Shown: positions 33,723-46,489 of the stretch, piece by piece | Layout: each line of letters opens with the position of its first letter | Position numbering within the stretch: the stretch's first letter is position 1 | Assembly: GCA_017654855.1 (NCBI GenBank) | Contig: CM030333.1 | Coordinates: 4,464,001-4,528,000, forward strand | DNA from: Podospora anserina | Lineage: Eukaryota | DNA: 64,000 nucleotides | Reading direction: 5' to 3' | Made by a program: the position numbers and the translations under genes | The notes under the pieces: generated by a model | The model's database searches: none | Seen by the model: only the letters and a program-made list of their open reading frames with translations | Told to the model about the DNA's origin: nothing

Positions 33723-36700
33723 GATGTCACGGCGGGGGGTCGAACCATTCGAAGTGGGTGATAATTTTTGAGGCGGTGGAATCTGCGAGTCTCTCTTGAG
33801 AACGGCGTAGCAGAGAGGAGGGAGAGCTGGGTTTGTTGACAAACCTGTACACGTCGCTCTGATGGTCAGGGCGGGCTTGGATTGTGAGAGCAAGGTCAAG
33901 AATGGCCAAGGGTCCACAAGGTGTTGAGAATGTGTCCAAAGCACCAAGAGCAAGCAATGTGGGGATGGGGAAAGCAGTACTCCGGAGGAGCAAGTCAAGA
34001 GAGCGGGCCTGGTCTTGGTACAGTCACTCGACGGGGTGCTACCTCTTATTGGGGTGGCCTACGCATACTGGCCAGACCCTGACTGAGCAAGAGACAGAAA
34101 AGATAATCCAACTTATGATGTAGATATGCTGCCACTTAGGTAGACGGTCGCCCCGGAAAAATTACCAACTTCAACATTTTGATTTGTGGATCACTGAAAG
34201 ACCGTATCTATAAATTCTACATATCAGCACCCAATCGGACTAAGAAACTCAACAGCCGGTAAGGAGGCGGTATGGAAGTGGCAACCACTCAGTTAAATAC
34301 AAAGGGTCCTCGACAAGTTCCGAGCTGGAGCATCAACGAGTGAGAGCCTCTCCCCTGTTCCTTTTTGACAGAGCCTTGATATTCCAGCCAGTCATGTAGG
34401 TGTAAGTGATGGAATACTGACAGAAAGGATGAAGAGGCGTGTAACATGAAGAGCACGCTGCCGCAGTGCCAGGCCAGGATCGGCAAAAGAAGCAGGCCGG
34501 AGATCACAAATTCTGACACGACATGAGAATACAGCCGTATTTCCGTGCTCACGAACCACGACTTGCTGTGCGTCAGTCAAGCCCCTTATACGGCAGGTGT
34601 CTTGTTCCTGGCGCCCCCCCCCCTTGGAGCCGCAGCAGAAACTTTCTGCATAAGCGCATGGCCGAATCTTGTTTACTCGCGTTGAAGCTGCTTGGTTCGC
34701 TGCTGCTGTGTCTGCTAAACGGCCCTTTTGGGGCGAGTCCATGCGGTTTCTAATGCACCAGAATGTTTGTCTGGTATTCTAAGGACCAACCGTTTTGCCC
34801 CCCCCCCTTTTTTTTTTTCCCCTTCTGTGCTGTATGACAACCATAGCCGAGCAGTTCAAGACATCAACACCGAGTGCTGCCAGAAGGCACACGGCTACGG
34901 GCCGCAGGGAATCAGCGGAAGATTTGTCAATCACCGTGAGGCAAGACACTATGCCATCTTTGGTAGATAAGGGCGCGGTTGAATGTCCCAGCTGCTGGCG
35001 AATCTTTTGGCAATCAATCTGATCATTCCAAGTTGACCAATGCGGCGTTTAAACACGGTCTATGTCACCGTGGCTGAACTGGTGGTGCCTCCAAGTACGA
35101 ATAGTTCTGGAACAGTTCAGCTGACCATGTTATACAAATATTTTTCGACGAATCTGAGAATTATAAGCATATGAATTTCTGGAAACCGGGCTTTACCCTT
35201 TAAGCTGTCGACGGCAAAGCGTATGCATGTTGAAGCCTGGGTGGTGTGGTATAGTGTGGTGTGTTCTGAAAGTGCTGATGCGAACCCGCCTTTTGACCCC
35301 AAGAGGACAAAACGATACGGGCGTTGGTGAATGAAATTGGAAAGAGAAGCTCCAAGATCCACTGAGGCTCCATCTCCTGTCGGCAGTTGAGGAAAGATTT
35401 GATCGGTTCCCCGGATGCCACCCGATAGGGACATGGGTCAGCTCGATGGTTGGTGGATCTCCAGATCAACGGCGATCTTGGGCTTGGCATCCAACATGTG
35501 GGTCAGGGACCTCGAGCACATTTCTTCTTTCAACGTCTGTCAACGGCCCTCCTCATGGAAGCTCTATCTCGAACATGGCTGGATCAATATGTCAATATGC
35601 GGCCAGGGCTTGTAGCCATTTGCAGAACTTGCTTTTTCATTACACCCATCGCGTGCCAGCATATCCGACGAGCGGGTGAGGCGGACTGCATGGGATAAGC
35701 AGGGGCGAACTGGGCAAACTTCATCTGTTTATTCCTTCATTCACCTGCCCGCCCGTCGCATTTACACCAGGAGCAGCCAAGCTCCCGTCCGTGTGGGACA
35801 TCACACCTATGGCATCTGGCGTCCTCTGTGAGATCTGAGACGTGGGTGAAGTTCCATCGAGGAAGGACGCGAGGAAGGACGCGAACACCCCAAGCGTGGT
35901 TGGGAGAGCCTGATATCGGCCGTCTAGAGCAATCAATATTAGTAGTGAGGCGAGTGATGATGCTATCTCATCTTTCTTACCCTACCTACCTTCCACGGCA
36001 GCGCGGCGGGATTAAGTGGGATTTTACTGCACGTCACTTACCTACCCTTTCCAATGCACCTCCGGACGGCTGACAGTGGTAGTACCACGTCTCTTGTGAC
36101 CCCTATCAACTCATTGTTGTCCAACTTGGGCCGAGTCGAAGAGCGTCAAATAGCGGCCTTTTGTCGTCGATAAGGAAAAAGTATGCTCTTGATGACGCCG
36201 CAGGGCTGTTGGCGTGGTCTTCGAGATCAGACGAGGGGCGGGCCGTGATGGGTGGAGGTTCACAAAAATGCGAGATGGTCTGACTTGATGAGGTAGATGG
36301 CGTTTGGCCGTTGAAGTTCCTTTGGCTGCAGAAGAAATCAGCCCCAGACGACGCCATGTATCTGGAATGGCGATTTGTTTGGCGGACACACCTTTGCAGG
36401 ACAGGGAAGGGGTTGACTTTGCGAACGCCGAGCTGCAGTCTAACGGCCGAGACTTCTCGTGAGGTTCTCAGGGAGCACAGATTTCGGTGCCCGCCAGTGG
36501 ACCCCTTCATCCCACCGCTTGAAGTCGAAGCTACTGTACCTCAGCTGTCAATTTGACGACGAGCAGCTTCCTGATAGGCCTGCCTGCTCCTGTCATCATC
36601 TAACCTTGCCCTGGAAGAACGCCGCTTCTTCTTCCCCCATTCGCGGTTCGAAGTTGCCTTTCCGGCCCCAAGAAAGGCACCTGGCACACAGCACGACTTC

Positions 36701-37261
36701 AACTTCCCTCGTTGCATGCACGAGTGCCCAATCACGTACCGAGCGCAACCTGACAGTGTCTCACTCGATTCCCTGCATTGCAGGGGGATCATACTCCCAT
36801 CTCAGCGTGTCCAGAGGCCAACAGCTACCACAACTTCACCAGCTCCTGTGTGGCAAGACATAATAATAATACACAAAAAATCAATCGCCAATCCTGGTCA
36901 ACCTATTTATCGTCTTACCCCTCTTGTGAGGGGTTGGTTACGTCGGGTCTTTCATCCCCCTCGAGGCCAACTTGAGCCGATTCACCAAAAAAAAAAAGGG
37001 TCAGGGTTGGCTAGAGGGTTGATCTCGGCACTTGCACTCCACCTCAGCCAATCTAACCCCAGAGGACCTAATCACAGTAATTCAGTAGCTTGTCGTTGCT
37101 CTTTCTCGCACTCGCTCTCTCTTTTCGGTGGGCTGGGCAATTGAGCATTAGTCTCGGCAAACAACCAGTTTCAACTCGGCATCGCATACGCATTGGCTCT
37201 TCCGGCATCCTGTAAACAGCCTCGTTTTCCTTCTGCTTTCGCCATCAGTGGCAGGTTCGCT

Positions 37262-39539
37262 ATGTGGGACGTCGACTGGTCCGACGTTTCTATCGAAAAG
37301 GTTGGGGAGAGACGAGCGCGCAAGGGAATCGAAAGAAACTCAAAGAGGGAGGATGTTCAGAGCGTACATGGGTCAACAGGCAGCCGCCCCTCCTCGACTG
37401 AAGAGCGACCAGCCATGAGCCTCTTTGAATCCATGGGCTTGAAGCGCAACAGCATGTCAATGAAGAACAAGAGGAAGGACACATTGCAGCCAGAAACGAC
37501 AAAGGACGATGGCAAATCAAGACGGACATCTCTGCTGGCTGCTGCGGTTTCGGCCCTGGGCAATACAAACCGGTCGTCGACTGTGTCTGACAAGTCTCTC
37601 AGACTGCAGACCACGCTCACAGAAAAGGACATTGTAGAAGACACCACCACGGTAACAAGTGGGAGCTGGGGGGCGCCAACGGATAGATCATCCAAAGGTA
37701 TGGTTTCTGGGAAACCCACACCATTCCAATTGCCAACACCGGCAGTGCTAATGTGTCCCCCAGAGTCAATGCTCTCCAAGTCCACTGCCCTAACAACGCC
37801 GTCTCTGGACTTTCAGGGGGAAGGAACGATGGGAGATGTGCTTGCATCAGAGGCACAAAAGCCCGTGCGCCCAATGAGCGACTCGATGAAGAAAAGCACA
37901 ACCACCGACCACAACAGAGCTGTTGGTCCCGTGAGAGTCGCGAGCCTAGGAAACCAACCGACTATTCTCATAAATAACACAATACCGCAAACTCCGGCAA
38001 CGCAGAATTCACGCTCAATATCCTCTCTATCAACAGAACTTGAGAAGTCAGTATCAGACTTCATTGACAATTGGTATGAAGTTATTCACGCGTCAGACAG
38101 ACCGATTCCCGTCACCATGCCGGAGCCCAAACAGCCCAACGAGCAGCACCCTCAGTCACAAGGTGCTGTCAAGCTACCTCTGATGGCCCCTTTGCCTCGA
38201 GGCCCCTTGCCAGAGGTCCCGAACCGACCTCCGACTCAACCTACGCCTCGTCCATCCAGAGCAAGAATGCTCAGCACTCTCCCACCCTCATATCAGCCCA
38301 AGGGTTACTACAATCCAGATCGGTGGAAGCCCCCTGATCAGTGGAAACCCAAGCGGGGCAGTGTCGAAGAAGCTCCTATTCCTGCCACGGAGGCGTCTCC
38401 AGTTGCCCAAGAAGTTCCTTTGGTCGTGCCAAAAAAGCGAGTCCGGCTACCAAAAGACACCGAGGCTGCTTACGCGGCGACTTTGAGAGTTCAGGCTCTG
38501 CAGATGGAGTTGAAGAGAATGGCCCAGGCAACTCCTGAGGTAGCCCTCGCACGTCTCAAGGAGAACTGGGGTACTGTTACAGATCCCATAGTCTACCAGC
38601 AGCTTGAGCAGGAAAAGAAGCGATGGATGCTGGCCTCCCTGTACGGGATGGAACAGCAGATCAGGGGCGGTGACAATACAGCTGTCACTGTGGCCGGAGC
38701 GCAGCCATTTGTCCAAGGTCCAGATGTCTTGTCACTGTTCGATTCTGACTGTACGAACCATCTGCTCTCTTCAATAGCTTGAAATCCCCGCTAACTCGTC
38801 GTCTACAGCTACGACATCCTATCTCGCAGTCCTCCACCCGGAGACGAGTATCAAGCACATGAACTCAACTCCCATTCCTCATCTTCAGTACCCGAATGTC
38901 CAGTCCTTTCCCTGGCCTGTCTCACCTTCACTTGCCCTGGAAGCGAACAAATTCACCTCGGTGCATTGTTTGTCCATGCCCTCTTTGCTGGCAAGCCAAG
39001 AGATTCCCCAGCTTCTCCAGAAGATCTACCACTGTCTCGCCCCTCAAGGAGTGTTGCATCTTGTGGTGATAGATCCATCACCAGTAGCCCACTCTCTAGG
39101 ACCACACATGAGAGAATGGCTGGAAGAACACCTGACTACCAGCCTCGAGGCCGAATTTCGATGCATCACCCCCAGCAGAGTGTTTCCGAGATGGCTGGAG
39201 GCAGCCAAGCTCGACGGCTTGAACAGTTTCACCACCAAGAACAAGTTCCAAGCCATCCCGCCTTCCCAGTCGCGCCACGACAATGGCAAGGGCAAGGCCA
39301 GAGCAATGGATCCTCACGACCAGGAGGCCATGATTATGGGAGACCTCCGGAGCGTGGTTGGCAGGATGCTGTGGCAGGACATGTGGTCCAAGAATGTGCG
39401 CGCAAAGGCCTGGTGGTGGGAGATTACGGAATGCGTCGAGGAGTGCATTCAGCTTGGTACCTACTGGGAGTACTCCATCATCCAGGCAACCAAGAATGGT
39501 GAAGACTGTAGCGGCAACTCTCACCGCAGTTCGTACTAA
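37262..39539 (+). CDS. Hypothetical protein with disordered N-terminus and degenerate class I methyltransferase-like C-terminal domain; introns 37698-37763, 38751-38808
   Basis: MWDVDWSD...ERRARK start; in-phase splices; C-terminal LLQKIYHCLAPQGVLHLVVIDP...VGRMLWQDMW...WWWEITECVEEC. Confidence 0.75.
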
Positions 39540-42500
39540 CCTGCTGGACCCAACGATACTGGGCGCTCTTTCTGACGATCACTTGCCAATGGAACCAGCT
39601 GTATCGAAACTCGACAACATTCTTGCTATTTGTTCCTTTTCGGCCTCCACAGCATCAATTATTGCCCCTGGAATTACAGGACAGAGCGACCGGTCTCCTT
39701 GTGCATCGAAACGGCTTTGCCATCGAGTTATTGTAACAACAGTTGGCTTTTTTACCGACCAAGGGCTCCCTCCATTCAGGCATGAATTTTTCTTTCTCTG
39801 GTACCGCGCCTGTTCTGACTTTGGACAAGTTGTGCAACATTCTCATGAACGGGGCCAACAATAATCTCAAAAACTGGAAGCTGGGCAAACGAAATGGGGG
39901 GCTAGCCTTTTTATTCAGCCTGTATATTTGTGATAGAGATTTCCAAATCGGGCTTTTCTTTCACCGGGTAAGAGAGGAAGTTTCTCTTGAAGTCAGGGGG
40001 CAAGGTTGGAAACCAGGCTGGTTTGGTCAGTGGCGTTTGTTTTTCTTTTCTGTTCCCCACCCCTTCACAAAGCTCGAGGATCTTACTTAGCTTTGGGGGT
40101 CTTTTTTTTCATGTAGTGTATGTAGCTTCCGACAAGGAAACGAACTTTTGTATGATCTGGGTTTGAGTCTCTTTGGCTGATGTTTTGTCATGGGGATGGG
40201 GAAGGTTTCTTTTTGTTTTGATGTGTTGTATGAATAGTACGTGATCATAGGGGAGTTGGGTTGGGGGGTTCATGATGGGGTTTGGGACATATGGGGGATG
40301 GCGTGAATGCGGTGTGATTGAGGTATGTGTATGAACAGGATGAGAGTGCTGAAAAGCTTTGCATATGCGGGTTGGGGGGGGGAGGGGACGGATGCTCATA
40401 GTCTACTAAACAAACAAACAATGCTAGTTTTTTCTCTTGTACGTTTGGTGGCTTTGGATGGTGAAACTGGTTGTGTCTTGTTATAACTCGGGGTGGTTAC
40501 TCCCCTAGGTATGATAGCCACACACACGACAGGCAGCATAATTTCGCTCTTTGACGTTCTCTCACGGCGGTTGATAGGTTCACTTTTCCTCATCATCGTT
40601 CTTCTCCGACTTCCGTTTCAACCTCTGCTGCTCGTAGATTATACTCAAGTGTGGGATTAGATCTGATGGACCCTGCTTCTTTCCGAGGGGGCATCATAGA
40701 CATGTTCAACACCGGGCCAGAAAGAAAGCTGTGATTATCACCACTAAAGGGCATACACATATCTGTCTGTCTGCTTTGTGATATGCTGTTTGCAACTGGC
40801 ACCTCTCCGGATGCCTAGCTAGGCATGTATGTAGGCGCTGTCCATGTTGCTTGTAGCCAGTTCCTCTTCCATTCCCCAAAATCATCCGTGACAGTCCTTT
40901 ATTATGCAAGGCTGCTCAGGTGGTTTCTGTGCTTAGACACCACCCCTGACCCCCGCGTAAAGTGTCTTTTATCCTGCGAACTTTGCAGAAAGATTGCATG
41001 GTTGTCGCTTTGTTGAAAACGAGGTGCAGTAGGCAGTGGTGGTTGACTGAGCGCTATGGAATAAACACTTGAAGTCAAGGGTAGTTATCTAAAAAAAAAA
41101 AAAGGCTTGGATATCATTGCAATGCGTCCGTGCATACAAACTAATTCGCCATTGAGAGACAAAAGTGACCATTAAGTGAATTGTCCAAGTTCGCCCTAGC
41201 AATGATAGGATGAAAGTTGACAAATACCATCACATCAACGTCACTTACACCACTCCATCACTGAATGCTGGATGCCACCCACCACCCACCACCCACCGTT
41301 ACAAAGAAGGATGCCCTCCAAAAGCAAACACTAACGGCTCACCCGGCCGGGACTCCGGAGCAGGGCCATCAACGGGAGACTTACATGCATTGGCGACCGG
41401 TGACGGTGCGGGGTACAGGCAAAAAGGAAGTCCGAGTCCCTCCCGCATTCTTGGGACTGGACCGACGACCAGGTTACAAGAGACACCACAAACCTTCCCA
41501 ACTTGGGACGACAACCCCCATTTCAGCCAATTAACCAACCCCTTTCCATGGGCCAGTTTCGACGCCCGGCCCCCCCCCCCTCCCCTCACCTGCAGGCCAC
41601 AGAACATTCCTTCCCACACATTTTTCTGCTGAAGAAAAAAGGCTTGAGCGCAAACAGAATGCATTCTGCAAAAGCAAGAATATTATGATGACCGTTTTAC
41701 CCATCTGATCGGTGGCGTTTGCCGACGACCGGCGCACGGTTGCCATTCTTTTACCCATAAGCGGAAAAGTCCTCCGGGTGAGGCGTTCAATGGCTTCGGA
41801 GAACTGTTGACGCCGTTGAGCGGGTGGCTTGCCAGCTAGAACCAGGCACCTTGCTCTTTTCATTGCTGCGCACTGGGGATTTTCCAACAAATTCCTTTTT
41901 TGTGTACGAGCCGGCGCGAGGGACTAAGAATGTTACTTCCTCGTGGTCGAGCATGGTTAAAAAGGAAGCGGGTTCTTGGCCGTGTCTGAGCTTTAGGTCT
42001 AGTGGACCTCGCGAGGCGGATTGATTGGGTTGTGATTCTTGGGAGTCCGTGCTTTGATATTGCTTCAACAAAAGTGAGGGGGATATAGGTTGCGCTGAGT
42101 TAAGCTCAACGGGAGCGCCAGAACCGCAGTGTTCTTGACACTGATTGCACCACCATCGGTGAAAGGCTGGCAGTGTTCTGTATGAGTGGTGATGGGTTGC
42201 TCAGTACAACTGACAAGCTCGCATAAGGCTGGCCGCCATATGACATGTAGGTTTGGCAACCAGCTCGCAGCTTCCGGAGCTGCCATACCAAGGCTCAGTC
42301 AGAAACTGGGTGTCGTATCCCTTCCAACCAGGCCTGCGGGAGAGTTGGTCTCTGCGAGAAGCGGCACGGGTGTCGGTTTCCATGCAGCAATACCTCGCTA
42401 CCAGGCAGTCAGAAAAGATTGCAACGCCGATATGTCGACAGAAGCCCGCCCGAAAGGAGGGCAGGAGCTCTGGTCTAGAGCTATCCGCCTGGGAAACTAT

Positions 42501-45005
42501 CAGCACAGACACACACCCAAACTTTGGAGTGTTTGGAGGTAGGAGGGGGTTGAACTTCCAATCTCTCTGCCGGCCGAGCTTTCCGATAGAATCTCGATGG
42601 AATGATGGGTTGCGTGGGGGTTTTTCTATCTCGCCTGTAGACGATGTGGTGAAGGGCGTGGTGAAGCACTCATCTCGTGAAGCAAGCGATGCTTGGAGTG
42701 TCGACTTGGCATCGGTTTTACCATGTGACGATGTATGTGGACGAGATTTGTAAATCTGTGGTTGAGGGGTGATGACTAGGACCAGGTCTCAAAACTCAAG
42801 TTTAGCAGCATCTTGACATGCGTGACAAGCTAAGAACGCCGAAGAGCCAACCCCTGAGCCCTACGAACTCGTGGTCGATGCCCTCGACGCCACCGGGCAT
42901 GCCGTGTGGTTGATGAAACAAATCTTGGCAGCCTTGTCGACTACTTCGTACAAAACATCGATTACCCGTGTCGAGCTGGGCGAGAGGCATGTCGGGTAAA
43001 ATATGATGAAGCATCTACCGGTGCTACAGACATCCGAAGTCGGATAATTGTAGATACGAATACTACTGCCCGTCTGTCTTCCTCGCGTCAACAGAGAATT
43101 GATGAAAGACTGCGAGACTCCGCAAGCTAGCAACGGTTGGAGACAGTAGAACCCAAAAGTGGTTGGTGAAATGGTGATTGTCGTGAAGCCAGTCTGAGCG
43201 TGCAGGAGACGAGCCATGGTTGAGGACACAGAAAAACCTGGGTCTTCACTGCAAGAACGGAGAAGCCATCTCAAAGCGGGGAACGCTAGCCGGGGTTGAA
43301 AACGGTCAACAGTCGAAACGGTTTTGGCTCACGTAATGGTTGCCGGGGGGCCTGGTTAAGTGTGGAGTCCTCCCACGTGGTTGATGTGTTTCCCCCAGCC
43401 TCAATTGATCCATCTCTTTGCCATTTTGATGAGGGAGGTAACAATGGATCTGATATCTTGTTTGGCGGGTCGAGTTGAGCACCATCTGAACTGGTAGCTA
43501 CGAAATACTTGGGTAATACCCTCTTTCCCCGAGTCATTCAGACAGCCAGTTTGGACATCAACGCTTCGCTGAGAAACGTCAAAGCAAATGATGACCAGTG
43601 TGTCACAGCCCTCTTGCTCCCCTTTCACGACTCAGATCGTAGCAAACGCCTGGGCAAACGATAGCGGCGAGGGCCTTTGGAAAGACACCGTCAAGTCCGT
43701 TTCTGTCGGGATATCCCAGCATCCCAATACAGCCTAGAATTCAGAAGTGTCAATCGAACACGGATGATGTTTGGCAATGGAAACAGGAAGCCGTCACATC
43801 CCACGACATACATACAATCCCGTACAACCGGCAAAGCGTGGTGTTTCCTTTCTTCTTTTTCCATCCGATGGTTGATCATGCTGATGTCGAAGGATACGGA
43901 TAAGGCAGTGTGAGCCTGAACGGAAAGCGACGTTTTCAACGCCAAGATGACTTGCAGGGTACCCGCAGGGGTATGTCACCATCGGAAGTGGATCTTTCTG
44001 GGGGAGCTCTGGGACCCCTGCGAGAAAGAAAATGGGAACCAAAGAACCACATCTTGGACTGGTAACAACCCCGCTTGTCGCTGTGTGTCGAGGTCTTCAG
44101 TCAAGCACCTGTTAATTGTTGCGAAAGAAAACTGACCAGAATTGCAGATATCCTCCAGTATATGTAAGGTGTATTATGGGCGTACACGTACTTTCGGGAG
44201 CGGACCGAGCATGTCGCAGATTGCCTTTTCCTTCTCGTTTATCATCCGTACACAGCGTTGGGCTACCCACCTTATTTGACCTCTCAGCCAATCCTACGCC
44301 TTCACATCCGTGTCCATAAGCCATCTCTTCGTTTCTCTACAGGCAAGTATTTGTGCCAGTACCCATGGCCCCCTTTTGCCCAGCTTTTGTCTGCATCATA
44401 TGCAGATCGAGGGGCAACGATCCGTGGGAGAAGACACGGTACAGTGGTGTACCCTCCCGTTCATCTAGACCGTCTTTTGCTTAGTGTTGCAACCCCTGGG
44501 ATACAGCCAAGCCACCGCGAAGCTGGCCTGGTTCGTGGTTGGGCCCTGCATGGCATTTCTCCATGTCCTCTTCATGACGCTTTGCATTCTGGCTAGCCGT
44601 TCTGGGATCAGGTAGGTGCTCCTTTTCGTCCGGGCTCCGTTTCTCTCCCAAGCTCTGGTTGAATACTTGAATCCCCACTATCCCTCTACACCTTCCTCGA
44701 TTCCACTGTCCTGGGTCTCGCGATGGGAAGCTGGGTTCAACATCGCACACGGCCTTGTTGACCTCGCCAACATCTACGCCGATGCCAACACTCCGAAGCT
44801 TGTTTGATCGCACTCACGCCAGCACTTCACTCTCAACCCGAGGAAAACTCTACGCTTACTGACGACAAAGCCAGAGACCGGCGGGAGACAGTCACTTGGA
44901 AGATCTGATTAAAAGCCAGTCGTGCCCGGGAACACAACTACATCGCGACGCCGTTGCTGTTCTTCAAACACTTCCGTTCGACTTCATGGTGCGCAAGTGA
45001 TCGAG

Positions 45006-46489
45006 ATGGCCGAAACAACCAATCCCCGGGCCGAGCTCCCGGTCGATGTGTTCAGCATCATTGAGCGCACCTGCTCCGTCTTTTCCCTCCTCGGCTCAGT
45101 CCTTGTGATTGGCACCTTTTGCGCCTCCAAAGCGTTCCATAAACCCATCAACCGTCTAGTATTCTATGCCTCGTTTGGCAATCTCATGACCAATGCTGCC
45201 ACGTTGATGGCTCGGTCCTTCATCGCGAATCCAAGATCGGCTGGCTGCCAATTCCAGGGATTTCTTATTCAAATGTACGTTTTTTGCGGGGGGAGAAAAG
45301 GACCTTACCATTCAGTTGCTGATTTGTCTCGTCAGGTTCATGCCCGCTGATACATTTTGGACATTGGCCATGGCGGTCAATGTGTATTTGACCTTTTATT
45401 TCAAGTTTGATGGAGCTCGGTTACGAAAGATGGAAATCCCCTATCTTCTTTGCTGCTATGGGATTCCCTTCATCGTCGCCCTCACCTTCATCTTCATTGA
45501 GACCCCGGAAAAAGGCAAGATGTATGGGAACGCAACGCTGTGGTGCTGGGTGAGCCCTAGGTGGGACATCTTCCGCATTGCGACGTTCTACGGACCGATC
45601 TGGTGAGTTGTTACCCAAGATCTCTCCCACTCGAACCAAACACTAAGCGTTTCGGTCTTCTAGGATTGTTATTCTCATCACCTTTTTCATTTACATCCGC
45701 GCCGGCCGCGAAATCTACAAGAAACACAAGCAACTCCGTAACTTTAGCACCAGTCACCACGACCACGAACCGATCACAGAGGACCCCTTCAGCTCGGTCA
45801 AGACCACCGAGGTTTCGGTTACCTCTGAAGTCATTGACAAAAGTCTTGCAACCTTGGGCATCGTACAAAGCGGAAACGAACAACCGAAAGCACCGAATGC
45901 TGCCTACTCAGTTCACATATCATCTAACAAGCGAGCTCCCGAGCGGGACTCTTACGGCGATATACCGCCGACCACACAAACTAACATCACAATCGATCCT
46001 CCGACACGCAACGCCACCGCTGGGGCTAACCCACTCCGCCGTCGAGCTGCCTATGAAGCCAACAATGCGACCTGGTCCTACACAAAGTGCTCCATCCTAT
46101 TTTTCACCGCCATGCTTGTTACATGGATTCCTTCTAGCGCCAACCGCGTGTATTCTGTCGTCCATAGGGAGCAAGCGTCGCTTCCACTTGAATACATGTC
46201 CGCCTTTGTGCTTCCTCTCCAAGGTTTTTGGAACGCCATCATCTACGTCGTCACATCGTGGAGAGCGTGTCAACTGCTGTGGGAGGATACCAAGGCCTGG
46301 TTTGGACACAAGGATCAGCATTCCCACGGCGATGGTTCCTTCCAGATGATGAGCAGCGGACGGAACGCATTCAAGAACAGCGACAAGACGTACGAGACAG
46401 AAAGCATGACGGAGTTGGCGGGGTCGGCATCACACGCCGAGGATCGGTCTCCCATTGAGCCACCTTCAAATACGCTGGGTCGAGATTGA
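45006..46489 (+). CDS. cAMP-receptor-like 7TM GPCR (CRL class, Neurospora GPR-1/2/3 type); introns 45275-45335, 45603-45663
   Basis: FHKPINRLVFYASFGN, CQFQGFLIQMFMPAD, MYGNATLWCWV, RIATFYGPIW, TWIPSSANRVYS, LPLQGFWNAIIY. Confidence 0.92.
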
